Part shown: positions 1-11,175 of the stretch, piece by piece
How the letters are laid out: every line of letters starts with the position of its first letter
How positions within the stretch are numbered: the stretch's first letter is position 1
NCBI GenBank assembly: GCA_035221665.1
Contig: CM069136.1
Coordinates: 47,926,001-47,990,000, forward strand
From: Okamejei kenojei
Taxonomy: Eukaryota
Direction of reading: 5' to 3'
DNA: 64,000 nt
Position numbers and translations under genes: made by a program
Notes under the pieces: generated by a model
What the model was told of the DNA's origin: nothing
Database searches by the model: none
What the model saw: the letters and a program-made list of their open reading frames with translations, nothing else

Positions 1-667
1 CTCTGAGGCAGAGAATTCCACACTCGCCACTCGCTGTGAGAAAAAGTGTTTCCTTGTCTCAGTTCTAAATGGCTTACTCCTTATTCTTAAACTGTGGCCC
101 CTGGTTCCGGACTCCCCCAACATCGGGAACACGTTTCCTGCCTCTAGTCCAAACCCTTAACAGTCTTATATGTTTCAATGAGATTCCCTCTCATCCTTCT
201 GAACTCCAGAGTGTACAAGCCCAGCTGCTCCATTCTCTCAGCATATGACAGTCCTGCCATCCCGGGAATTAACCTTGTAAACCTACGCTGCACTCCCTCA
301 ATAGCAAGAATGTCCTTCCTCAAATTAGGGGACCAAAACTGCACACAATACACCAGGTGTGGCCTCACTTGGGCTCTGTACAACTGCAGAAGGTCCTCTT
401 TGCTATATTCGATTCCTCTTGTTATAAAGGCCAACATGCCATTCGCTTTCTCACTGCCTGCTGTACCTGCATGCTTACTTTCATAGACTGATGTACAAGG
501 ACCCCCAGATCCCGGTGTACTTCCCCTTTTCGCAACTTGACGCCATTTAGATAGTAATCTGCCTTCCTGTTTTTGCTACCAAAGTGGATAACCTCACATT
601 TATCCGCATTAAACTTCATCTGCCATGCATCTGCCCACTCCCCCAACCTGTCCAAGTCACCCTGCAC
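1..667 (-). mobile_element. CR1-type LINE, ORF2 C-terminal fragment
   Basis: ORFs contain LQGDLDRLGEWADAWQMKFNADKCEVIHFG and LYRAQVRPHLVYCVQFWSP, typical of CR1 ORF2 downstream of the RT domain. Confidence 0.9.
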
Positions 668-671
668 CCTG

Positions 672-1320
672 CGAGCAGAGGGATCTGGGAGTGCAGGTAC
701 ATAGTTCCTTGAAAGTTGTGTCAGAAGTAGATAAGGTGGTCAAGAAGGCTGTCAGTACATAGCTTAATCAGTCATGGTATGGAGCACAGAAGTTGGGATG
801 TTATGTTGATGTTACTGAGGCTGCATTTGGAGTGATTTTGTTCAGTTTTGGTAACCCTGCCACAAGAAGGATGTTAAGCTGGAAATAGTCCAGAGAAGAT
901 TTAGAAGGATGTTGGCAGGACTTCAGGTCTTGAGCTATATATAGCAAGAGGCTTGGCAGGCTCGGATTGCATTCCTTGGAGCGCAGGTGCTGAGGGGTGA
1001 TCTTATAGAGGTATATAGATTCATGAGGGGAATAGATAGATGCATTTTACCCAGAGTAGGACAATCAAGAACCAGAGGAAATAGATTTAAGATGAGGGTG
1101 GGAAGATTTAGTAGGAACCTGAGGGACAACTTTTTCACACAGAGTGAAGGGTATATGGAATGAGCTGCCAGAGGAGTGGTTGAGGCAGATACTATAACAA
1201 CATTTAAAAGACATTTGGACAGGTACATGGATCGGAAAGGTTGAGAGGGATATGGGACAAACATGGGCAGGTGGATCGAATGTTAATGTGGCAGCTTGGT
1301 TAGCATGGGTAAGTGACTCT
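672..1320 (+). mobile_element. Degraded CR1-type LINE 3' fragment, head-to-head with the previous one
   Basis: Contains GAGCAGAGGGATCTGGGAGTGCAGGTACATAGTTCC and GAGGGGTGATCTTATAGAGG, similar to the other CR1 3' ends in the window. Confidence 0.8.
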
Positions 1321-1462
1321 GAACTTTACATTTAACATCCGTAAAATCATGGTCCTCTGCCTATGAGTTTCTGCTGTACACCGTTAACCACCAAATGAAG
1401 ATCTGCAATAGGACCCTCGAAAACCTGGCAGAGTTCTGATAAATTGGCAGTTAACCTTTCTT

Positions 1463-1997
1463 GTTAAAGAAGGAACTGCAGATGCTGGAGAATCGAGGGT
1501 TACACAAAAGGCTGGAGAAACTCAGCGGGTGCAGCAGCATCTAAGGAACGAAGGAGATAGGCGACGTTTCGGGTCGAGACCCTTCTTCAGACTGGTCAGG
1601 GATCAGGGAAACGAGAGATATAGATGGTGATGTGGAAAGATAAAGAACAATGAATGAAAGATATGCAAAAAAGTATCGATGATAAAGGGAACAAGCCATT
1701 GTAAGCTGTTTGTAGTGTGAAAATGAGAAGCTAGTGCGACTAGGGTGGGGGAGAGAGAGAGGGAATGCCAGGGCCCGAGGGCTGAGGGAGAGGTGGGAAG
1801 AGGAGGAGACAGCAAGGGTTAACAGAATTGAGAAAATTCAATGTTCAAGGCCAGAGGATGCAGACTCCCCAAACGGAATATGAGGTGCTGTTCCTCCACC
1901 TTGCGGTGTTGCTCACTCTGGCCGTGGAGGAGGCCCAGGACCGAGAGTCTGCATCCTCTGGGCTTGAACATTGAACATTGAATTTTCTCAATTCTTA
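1463..1997 (-). mobile_element. Penelope-like element 3' fragment with hammerhead motif and internal inversion
   Basis: Minus-strand peptide EEQHLIFRLGSLHPLALNIEFSQF (end of the GIY-YIG domain). Hammerhead core on the minus strand at 1563-1590. Segments 1821-1866 and 1946-1997 are inverted copies of each other. Confidence 0.8.
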
Positions 1998-2026
1998 AAA
2001 CCAATCAGTGCCTTGTTTTAAGGTGA

Positions 2027-2194
2027 AGCAGTACAAATGCTGGAGTAACTCAACAGATTGAATCAGTTTGAAAAAGATTCCCTACCCAAAATGTCACCAT
2101 GTTCTGCAGAGATGCTGCCAAGCTGCTGATCTATTATAGCTCTTTGTGCCATTTTGTGTGTTAACCAGAATCTTTAGTTCTTTGTTTCTATCTG
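2027..2194 (+). mobile_element. Old Penelope-derived hairpin insert
   Basis: GCTGGAGTAACTC...GATGCTGCC...GTTCTTTGTTTCTA, flanked by a 12-bp direct repeat GTTTTAAGGTGA (2015-2026, 2195-2206). Confidence 0.65.
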
Positions 2195-2466
2195 GTTTTA
2201 AGGTGATAATGATGTGTAAAATCTGACTCGCGTTAAGGTTTATGGAATGTAACCCTTACATAAGTCCGGGAGTGTCTGTAATCGGCCTGCAATGGTTGCT
2301 TGAATTACTGCTATTTTACAACAGAACAATTTCAATTAAAAGACCTTTATGATTTAAGGAAATTTTTCACCTAGTGTTCACAAAATAAACCTACTTCAAA
2401 AATAGGGAATAATGATGCTGGATTATTCAAATGGAAATGTTTCTATCGTGATTTGTTATTTCACAG

Positions 2467-2585
2467 CCGTCCAAAACCAAAGCCTGCATTGGAGAAAGTA
2501 CAAAAGCTTGCAAATTCTCTGCCAGAATCATGGGACTGGAGGAATGTAGATGGAGTCAATTATGTTAGTCCAGTTCGTAATCAAG
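2467..2585 (+). CDS. CTSC: Cathepsin C (dipeptidyl peptidase I) internal coding exon, equivalent to human exon 5
   Basis: Acceptor ttcacAG, donor GTAAG. Translates RPKPKPALEKVQKLANSLPESWDWRNVDGVNYVSPVRNQ(G): end of propeptide, start of the papain-fold heavy chain and the oxyanion Gln. 119 bp; phase fits the next exon. Confidence 0.95.
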
Positions 2586-2629
2586 GTAAGTCTGGCTGTG
2601 TTTTGAAACAAATAATTTAAAGTAGGATT

Positions 2630-2800
2630 TTCAAGCCTCCTATAGAATTTTGCTGTGATGTTTAGATTTTCTGCACAGGGTAATATCAACATATGAAAAA
2701 TATGTTGATATTACCCCGTGCATAAAATCTAACCATCATAGCAAAATTCTATAGGAGGCTTGAAGGGCCATATGGCCTACTCCAGTACCTATTGTCTATT
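2630..2800. repeat. 65-bp-arm inverted repeat followed by a CR1 3' tail
   Basis: 2630-2694 and 2700-2764 are near-perfect reverse complements around a GAAAA loop. They are followed by GGGCCATATGGCCTACTCC...CCTATTGTCTATTG. Confidence 0.9.
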
Positions 2801-2859
2801 GAAAAGGGTGAGGGGGAAGTGTTTTTTTGGCACCTTTAGTAAAAATGCTATTGCTGAAA

Positions 2860-3260
2860 TTATTTAGGACTCTGAGACCACACCTTGAGTCCTGTGAATA
2901 GATCTTGTCTTCTAATCTAAGGAAGCATAGCTGTGATGGAGGGAATGCATCAAAAATAGCAGATTGTTTCTTGAAAAAGGGGGATTATGTAATGGTTGTC
3001 TTATTAAGCAGATCTGCCAAAAATCATTCAGAAGAATAAAATATGATCTCAGTGAAACATATTAAATTCTTATTAAGTTTGACAGGTTAGAGGCAGGGAG
3101 TGATGTTTCACTGACTGGGATGTCTAGATCTAGGGGTAACAGTCTTAAAATATGAGTGTGACCATAAGAGTGCCATGAGAACCCGATTCTTCACCCAAAG
3201 GTGATTCGATCTTTTGAATTCTCTACAAAGAGCTGTGGAGGCTCAATCACTGAGCTTGAT
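2860..3260 (+). mobile_element. Highly degraded CR1 fragment
   Basis: Contains GTGAGACCACACCT-like and TCTTCTAATCTAAGGAAG motifs, and TTTGAATTCTCTAC...GCTGTGGAGGC. Confidence 0.6.
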
Positions 3261-4964
3261 TGAAAATTTTTTGAAGGTTAACAAAATCAAGCATGCAAGA
3301 ATGATCAGCCATGCTTGCCATACTTCCATTGTGAAAACATTTTGTCAATAAATCAAAATCTTTGTGCAAATACAGTCCTTGTGCCCAAAAATTAATGTTC
3401 TGAGCTTCCAGTGGACATACCAATCTACATAAAATCTGCCCCAACATCTGTTTCTGATTTGGATATATCTGAAATGCACCCTTTCCTTCTGCAGGTAACA
3501 TTAGAATGTAAAAACATTGGCCAACTATTGCAAAACAGTATTGGTAAAGATCAATGAAAGTATATGTTAGTGAGACTTACTAACATAGGCATTCATAGAA
3601 GATAGATGATGAGGCGAACTTAGCTGAATTATTTTGACTGTGGGACATGTATGAAATAAAAGGTCCTCTCTGTAGGCAAGAGATAATGCTCCATAAATGT
3701 TATCGTTTTGGCATCTAGCTTGCATTCGATCCAAGTTCTTGTCACTGCTTTGTCCCATGTCGTTGGTGACCCCTGCCACAACCAATGTCTGTGGAGAAAT
3801 GGACAAAATGTCATTTTGGTCACACTCCTTCAGGGACAATAAGGTTCAGGCATGCCTTTTCGGCCTTCCATCATCCTGTGCCATCCTGTAGGCTCACATC
3901 TGTTTGTTAACCTTATATTCTCTACTGAGTGGAATTGACATATATTTTCAGCTTATTCCATTGGCAAAGTGATCACTTCCTGAGTGCTGCTCATCTATTT
4001 TGAGGGTATACAGGGCTCTAAATTAGCGGTTGCCCGGGTGCAATGACCACAGAAAGTGAGCCATCCTCATTTTGCCCGGCTTGGCACACAAATACTGGTT
4101 TATACGGTAGATGCAAAAAAACTGATAACTCCGCCTCTCTGGCGAATAAGAATGACATTTCGTGTCGGCGGCGGCTGTATTCCTCTATATCTTTGATTGC
4201 GGGGCTACCCTCTGCTTGCTATCTCTCGCACGCCGTCTGAAGCAGCTTCCACCCTAGGGGAGGTGGGGGGCGGCGGCAACAGGGACGGCCCAGCCGATGT
4301 TGTCCGCTGACCTTCCACCCATCCTTCCCCCCCCTGTGCTCCCCTCCCATCCATCACACTGGTCCCCCAATTCATTGGAATGGTAATCAAATGTGTTTTA
4401 ATTCCCAATGTTATTATTTGTTTTGACACCTTTAAACATATTACCAAAAGAACATTTGCTGCAGTTATGTCCTTTGGCCATCTCTTGTCAGTTAGTGTAA
4501 TGTTTAACCTGTCAGATGGGTGTAGTCGGTTTTAACAGCTATTATCATAAAATTCCTTTAGAAATTTCCTTGCAACCTCTATATTTTGTTATTGATAAAT
4601 TATGTGGGAAGCCAGAGTGTTTCTGTGCCAATAGCAATAACGACCCATGCTATGGCCATGTCATGGTAATTTTCGGTCCTTCACAGGAAGCATGCTTGCA
4701 TCAATCTGTAGTGTGTATGGTTAAGCATATATGTTACCATGGTCCAGGATTTATTGACACAGGTTGATCATATGCTGAATAATCCAACCACATTTTTGTT
4801 TGGAAGTGGAAAGAACTAATAGAAATTGCATTAATTGCAATGTGTAAAAAGAGTTGAGATATTGTATTATAATTTTGCTGCATGTCTTTGTGATATATAT
4901 CAGGTCTTGATTGGTGAATATGTTTAGTTTGTGAGTTATTTGAAACAGAAATAATATGTGAATG

Positions 4965-5181
4965 TAAACAAAAGTGCTGGAGAAACTCAGCGGATGCAGC
5001 AGCATCTATGGAGCGCAGAAAATAGGCAACGTTTCGGGCCAAATCCCTTCTTCAGACTGATGGGTTTCGGCCTGAAACGTTGCCTATTTCCTTTGCTCCA
5101 TAGATGCTGCTGCATCCGCTGAGTTTCTCCAGTACTTTTGTCTACCTTCGATTTTCCAGCATCTGCAGTTCCTTCTTGAAC
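4965..5181 (+). mobile_element. Penelope-derived palindromic insert with hammerhead motif
   Basis: Perfect 14-bp TSD ATAATATGTGAATG (4951-4964, 5182-5195). Inverted arms of about 70 bp and 3' tail CAGCATCTGCAGTTCCTTCTT. Confidence 0.85.
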
Positions 5182-5322
5182 ATAATATGTGAATGCTTCA
5201 TTGATCATAATTCCGACTGGTAACTACGCACTTCGTCCGAGCACATTATCGCACGCGTCATGCAAACCGTCTTCAAAGACCATCTAAACTGTCATTTGGC
5301 AACCTAAAAACCTGTCAAGGTT

Positions 5323-5539
5323 TACACAAAAAGCTGGAGAAACTCAGCGGGTGCAGCAGCATCTAAGGAGCGAAGGAGATAGGCGACGTTTCGGGTCGAG
5401 ACTTCAGTCTGAAGAAGGGTCTCGACCCGAAACGTCGCCTATCTCCTTCGCTCCTTAGATGCTGCTGCACCCGCTGAGTTTCTCCAGCTTTTTGTGTAAC
5501 CCTCGATTCTCCAGCATCTGCAGTTTCTTCGTTAACAAG
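5323..5539 (+). mobile_element. Penelope-derived palindromic insert with hammerhead motif
   Basis: TSD CTGTCAAGGTT (5312-5322, 5540-5550). Perfect inverted arms of about 80 bp. Confidence 0.88.
5409..5436 (+). ncRNA. Minimal type I hammerhead ribozyme core (Penelope type)
   Basis: CUGAAGA-A-GGGU(CUCG)ACCC-GAAA-CGUC: CUGANGA and GAAA boxes, 4-bp stem II, palindromic ACGU stem III and a GUC cleavage triplet. Stem I looks weak, so activity is unproven. Confidence 0.7.
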
Positions 5540-6246
5540 CTGTCAAGGTTGCCCGGCTGGCAACAGGGAAAAAAAGTTAAGCGAGTGCCCTGGTATACAA
5601 CTTATGTGGCACCAATATAAAAATAAATAGCTGTATTATTTAATTGGTTTCTTGGTGTTTAAAACAAAGTGGCAATTGCATTAAAGCTGTGCACCAAACC
5701 CTAGCTGCTAATAGTTATGGACATTTTACAGACCTCCCAACTATCCCGCTTTTGGCATATTCCCGCTTTTTAGTTCCCTTCCCGCCATCCCGATTTACCC
5801 TAATTATCCCGCTAAATTCTTCCTCCCGTGGTGAACGCCGGCGCCATGTGTCCCCGGTTTGCCGGCCCGCGCGATCAGCGGCACTTTGCCGGGCCCTAGT
5901 GGCCCCGTGTGCGCAGCAGAGATGCCAACTGGTACGGATTTCCCGTAATTTCTACGGAAAATTGGCCAATTACGGGCGGTACGATTTTCATATCGTAAAT
6001 CCCGGATTTTGCCGATTTTAAGTTAGCACATACTTGTGTGTGTTTGGGAGTGTGTGAGTGTGTGTGTGAGTGCCAGTGATGGAAATGGGGGGGGTACGCA
6101 GAGGGACGACGTTCTCCTACGTTCCAGTTTCCAGTTTCCATCCTGTGCATGAATTCCCAGCTTTATCCTGCGCTACTTAATCTGACCAATCGGACAGATC
6201 ACGGGCTCAGAGGCTCCCACGCGCTGAAGAGGTTTTCTCCTCGCTG

Positions 6247-6454
6247 GGTACACAAAAAGCTGGAGAAACTCAGCGGGTGCCGCAGCATCTAAGGAGCGAA
6301 GGAGATAGGCGACGTTTCGGGTTTCAGTCTGAAGAAGGGTCTCGACCCGAAACGTCGCCTATCTCCTTCGCTCCTTAGACGCTGCTGCACCCGCTGAGTT
6401 TCTCCAGCTTTTTGTGTACCCTCGATTAGCATCTGCAGTTCCTTCTTTAAAATA
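6247..6454 (+). mobile_element. Penelope-derived palindromic insert with hammerhead motif
   Basis: 14-bp TSD TTTTCTCCTCG(C/T)TG (6233-6246, 6455-6468), with inverted arms. Confidence 0.85.
6329..6356 (+). ncRNA. Minimal hammerhead ribozyme core
   Basis: CTGAAGAAGGGTCTCGACCCGAAACGTC, identical to 5409-5436. Confidence 0.7.
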
Positions 6455-7129
6455 TTTTCTCCTCGTTGCCCGTGCAGCTGCGCCCCTCCCCATCGCACTC
6501 AGCTGCGGGTTTCCAGATGTCAGAGGCCGCTTCTGTCTCTCTCCGCATTTTGCAGCCCACTCACTCGCCCGGCTCCCATCCAACCCCCTCTTCTCACCTC
6601 CTCCCCCTCCCTCTCCTCCCTCCCTTCCTCTCTCCCCCTCTACCCGTCACAGGGGACGACCTTCTCTCCGAGGAGGCACGATCGTCTGTCTCCCCCCGAC
6701 TCTGTCACGCTGGTGGGTGCGCTAAGCGATCGGCTGGCATCACGTCCTCAATATTCTTTAATAACGTATCTTTGCTGCAGGCTGATATTCTTTCCGATTT
6801 AAATCGTTTTCGATTTTTTGTTTTCCTATTTTACGCATTATTTGGTGGCAATCTGTCTCTAAGGGGGTTGCGTTCCAATCACCGACCAGCTACCCAATCA
6901 ATAAATCGGTCTCCTCCTGCCCAATCAGCCGCCGTCTCCAAGGGCATTGTGTCCAATCACATAATGCGCTGGTCACTTGGCAGCCAATCAGACAGTCTCC
7001 TAGGGGCCTTTTGATCAATCACCGACCTGCTTCCCTCACTAAAGCAGACGATGGCTGCAGCCAACACACACACACAGACAGAGACAGAGTCCCCCCCCCC
7101 CCCCTCCTTCCCAACCTCAGCTTCACGGA

Positions 7130-7225
7130 GGGTACACAAAAAGCTGGAGAAACTCAGCGGGTGCAGCAGCATCTAAGGAGCGAAGGAGATAGGCGGACGT
7201 TTTGGGGGCAGTTCCTTCTTTAAAA
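7130..7225 (+). mobile_element. Internally deleted Penelope-derived insert
   Basis: Perfect 14-bp TSD CTCAGCTTCACGGA (7116-7129, 7226-7239). The inverted arm is joined directly to the tail GCAGTTCCTTCTT. Confidence 0.8.
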
Positions 7226-8260
7226 CTCAGCTTCACGGACCCAGAGTACCCTTAGTTCCTAAACCCATTTCCATCACTGGAGTGTGTGTGTGAGTGTGTC
7301 TGTGTGTGTGTGAGTGTGTGTGTGATAAAACATATCAAGACATTATTGATAATGAACTCGTTATCAGTCTTTCAATAGAGCATTTTCAATGAGTTAATAC
7401 ATGTTTATGTAATACCAACTAATGAACATACAGGTATGTTAATGTTAACATTATGCGCTATCGCTTGCCTGTGGGAGCCGCGCTTGCCATCATGCAGAAA
7501 AAATTGCTTTGCGCAAAAAAATTACTGATTTTGTCTCCAAATTACTGATTTTTAGCCTTATGATTACTGATTTGTGCTCTGGAAGGTTGGCATCTCTGGC
7601 GCAGTGGGTGAGGGTTGCCGGGCCCCAGTGGAACGCGCGTGCGCAGTGGGGAGGGGTTGCAGTGGCCGCGCGTGCGCAGTGGGGGAGGGTTGCCGGGCCT
7701 GGCGCCATTTCGAGCCACGCCACGCCCGGCCCAGAGCCCGGGCGGCGCCGGGCCCGCGCGATCAGCGGCACTTTCTTGCCGCCAGCCGGCCGCTCGCGGC
7801 AGCCCCATCACCGGGCCTCCCCCCCACCCCCACCCAGTGCGCAGGCGCAGACCCGCCGGCAACCTGGCCAAGTGCGCATGTGCCGCTCCCCGCCCGCCGG
7901 CAGCCCGCTGATCTGCACCAGTGCGCAGGCGCATAGCCGCCGGCAACAACCCCAAGTGAGAGAAAATGAAGGTGAGTCTAGTGCCAAGTTTATCAAAGTT
8001 TAACAAAGAATTATAAATGTTTCAGCATACATGTACCTTTTTCACATTTTGGCATTTAAAATACTTCTTCACAATTTAGAATTTGTGACATGGGACCCGA
8101 ATAGGGCGCCGCGACATATTATGAATTTTCATTTAAAAATATGAATTTTGAGGGGAAATATTATGAATTTTGACAATCAAATGTTGGGAGGTCTGATTTT
8201 ATCTAGCAACCCAATTGCAGCTTTTCAATTATAATACACGTGGATTGGTTCTTGAGATTT

Positions 8261-8409
8261 NNNNNNNNNNNNNNNNNNNNNNNNNNNNNNNNNNNNNNNN
8301 NNNNNNNNNNNNNNNNNNNNNNNNNNNNNNNNNNNNNNNNNNNNNNNNNNNNNNNNNNNNNNNNNNNNNNNNNNNNNNNNNNNNNNNNNNNNNNNNNNNN
8401 NNNNNNNNN
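8261..8409. other. Assembly gap (N run)
   Basis: 149 N. Confidence 1.
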
Positions 8410-9217
8410 TATTCTCTCGTGATGCTGGGCAATGGCAGTGAGCCGCAGCTCCCAGTCTGTCACGCGATCACGAGTGTCAACAACCGGTGAGATGCCGCGT
8501 TGCTTGCTGGATGCCGCCACCGATAAGATGCGCTTGGTGACGGCTGGCCGACCGACGCCTTCTTGGGCAGCTGCACTGGCTGGGGCTCCGACTGAGCCGG
8601 TTGTTGTTGTTGTTGCCGCCGCCTCTTCTTCACCATTGCTCCCTTATCCGGTGCTGGGCCAGCCTGAGGCATGGTGGTGCCGCTTCCACCACCTCCTCGT
8701 CCCTCTGCATCCCCGCCTCCCCATCCGCTGGAGTCGCCGGGAAATTCCAGCGTCTGGCTCGAGTGGAGCGAAGAGCCCCAGCAGCGTTTTTATGCGACGG
8801 AGGCGGACGAGGAAAAGAAACATTCATTTTCTAGTGCTAGCGCTGTCAAAGTGACACGAATGGTGTGGGGAGCAGGTGGGGCTGTTGCTCCATAACATGA
8901 TGTGCAGTGAATGCGGCTTTGTTTACCCAGAGGCCAACTTCAGAGCCTGCGATGCCTCGGTTGCTACAGGGCAATGGGATCAATTTAATTAGGGAAAGAT
9001 TTATGGCAGTAATGCAACGAGTCACGCTGCTCAAGAACCCAACATGAAGGGCTCTTTCCAGGTTTAGGCTTCCTCATCCAACAGCCGTTTTTATGAGGCG
9101 GAGGCAGACGAAGAAGAGTAAAGAGCCCTTCATGTCCGGTTCTTTAGCAGCCTAACTCTTTGCGATTTACAATGGGTTTATTGGAACGTAACCCCATCGT
9201 AAGTTGAGGAGTTACTG
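8410..9217. mobile_element. Right part of a probable Tc1/mariner-pogo (Tigger-like) non-autonomous element
   Basis: Ends GGAACGTAACCCCATCGTAAGTTGAGGAGTTACTG followed by TA. CpG-rich interior with an internal repeat (about 8784-8812 vs 9086-9114). The left end was not found and may lie in the gap. Confidence 0.45.
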
Positions 9218-10891
9218 TATTGAATTCAAATAGTTAAAACCAGAAATTCAGGCAATCTGCTGCTTAAGTGTATGCAATCTAGTATTGTGCATATTAGCTT
9301 TGAGTCCCCAAACTGCCCAGGATCAATTAGAATTTAAAGTGTTTACATTTTGGATAGTTTGAATATAGAACAAATTACATAAAAATTCACACTTCATGTT
9401 TTGGGAATACGAATGTGAATGAGCCTACATCACAAAATTACCTTCAGTTTAGTCCAATTGGCACAAGCCAGCTTGTCTGTATTCAGCAAAGGTGATTAGT
9501 GCAGGAAATACAATATTCTCATCGGTACAGTACGAATTTATTAGTATCCAATGAATTATTAAACACGTTATGATCCTTGATGGTAGTGACCTTTGATTTA
9601 CTTCCAATTTTTATTATAAAGCCTTCTGAGGAGAGATGTTTGGATTATTTTATGTTGGACAAGACCACTGACTGGCACTTACTTGTGTGGCATGAATGTT
9701 CCTTGCCACTTACTGAGTCTTAGTCTGCCTCAATCCTGGCAGCGATGGCTTAATTATCTGCTGAGCTGCAAATATAATTAAACTCTGCTACGACATCAAG
9801 TGCAAGAACTTTTCTGAAACTTTTATTGTGGAATGTTTTAGTGCCTAGGTAAAAATAATGCTTACGGTAGCTTTTTTAAAAGTCAGCCTGTTATGTTTTT
9901 AATTTTATGAATATACATCCTGATAATTTAAACCAATGATGAAACTAGTGCATGTAAATTGGAATTTTCTTTCAAATTTTAAATCTAATGAATGGAAAAT
10001 TATACACAAATCACGGTTTTATCTTGTGTATGCCATTTTGCATATTTAAAAGTAATAAACCACATTCGTTTTGTTTGTAATGTGTAGTTATTAGGAGCAT
10101 TAGTAATGTTCGTTTTCTGAAATGATTACAAAGCTAAAAAGATTCACCTTTTTGGGTGGTTTTCATATGTATCCGTGTTTAATGAGCAAAACTTGTGAAG
10201 TGATTTAAAAGTATTTGCAGAATATCAATTACCATACACTTTTGAAATGGGTACATTTATGTTCCCATAAATATACCCATTAAGGACCTGGATTTTTCTT
10301 TCTATAATGAATGCAATAAATCAATGTTTCGAGATTTAATAACTGGGATTGACATTGTAACGTAATTACCCTGTGAAACAAATAATATTTTGAAACAATG
10401 TACATTAATGCAAGGTACCAATTCTGTTCGCAGCAATTGAATAGACTGTTACAAATATGCTACTTGCAGAAATAAGATGAAATCACTTGAACTGCATGCA
10501 TTTAAAGTATTTTAAAAATCATTTGTATTCTTGGGAAATACTAAACTTAGTTACATGAGGTCCAAATAAGGTTTAAAATCACACTCTGGACCATACTTAT
10601 CAGTAGTGCCAGGATTTTGCCATAAACACCATGTGCCTTTTCTTGACTTATTTGATGATTTCCCCAGGATAATGCCTTTTTCATGATCGAGTGCCTAAAT
10701 CAGCCTTTTTTTGCTGTTTTGCTAAAAGGTTGTGCTATTTTCTCTAGTTGAACCATGATTACAATGAAGCTTTCTATGTTAACACGGTAATATTAATGTT
10801 ATTATTAATGTGTTAACATAGTATAACGCACAAGAAAACTTCCACCACCGGAAGCCGGGGGTGCCACCTTCAAATATACTTATGATTAGAA

Positions 10892-11175
10892 TGTTTAAGA
10901 AAGAACTGCAGATGCTGGAAAAATCGAAGGTAGACAGAAAATGCTGGAGAAACACAGCAGGTGAGGCAGCATCTATGGAGAAAAGGAATAGGCGATGTTT
11001 CGGGCCTAGACCCTTCAGACTGATGTTGGGAGGTGGGGGGTGGGAAAAAGAAAGGAAGGAGTGGAGACAGTAGGACTAGAAAGAGAGCTGGGAAGGGGAG
11101 GAGGGATAAGTCCAGGGCTATCTAAAATTAGATAAGTCAATGTTGATACCACTGGGATGTAGACTACCCAAGCAA
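10892..11175 (-). mobile_element. Penelope 3' fragment nested in the hAT element
   Basis: AGAAAGAACTGCAGATGCTGG...GATGTTTCGGGCCTAGACCCTTCAGAC, with a degenerate hammerhead on the minus strand. Confidence 0.75.

Larger units (their letters stand above)
4011..5592. mobile_element. Non-autonomous hAT-like DNA transposon with apparent 5-bp TSD
   Basis: Left end CAGGGCTCTAAATTAGC; the right end reverse-complements to CAGGGCACTCGCTTAAC. GTATA on both flanks (4006-4010, 5593-5597). Carries two nested Penelope hairpins. Confidence 0.65.
5729..8195. mobile_element. Non-autonomous TIR element (hAT-like) with 6-bp TSD
   Basis: Perfect 13-bp TIR CAGACCTCCCAAC / GTTGGGAGGTCTG. ATTTTA on both flanks (5723-5728, 8196-8201). 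Subterminal repeats (TCCCG at left, ATGAATTTT x3 at right) and a CpG-rich interior. Confidence 0.8.

Noticed and set aside
3264-3960. Possible hAT transposase remnant on the minus strand (LHSNVTC.R...SDISKSETD)
   Set aside because: Only a weak motif resemblance, with many stops and no ends found. It needs a translated search.
7490-8006. Overlapping 90-160 aa ORFs on both strands
   Set aside because: GC-rich transposon interior depleted of stop codons, with no recognisable domain.
8203-8520. ORFs spanning N runs (also 44776-45228)
   Set aside because: Artefacts of assembly gaps.
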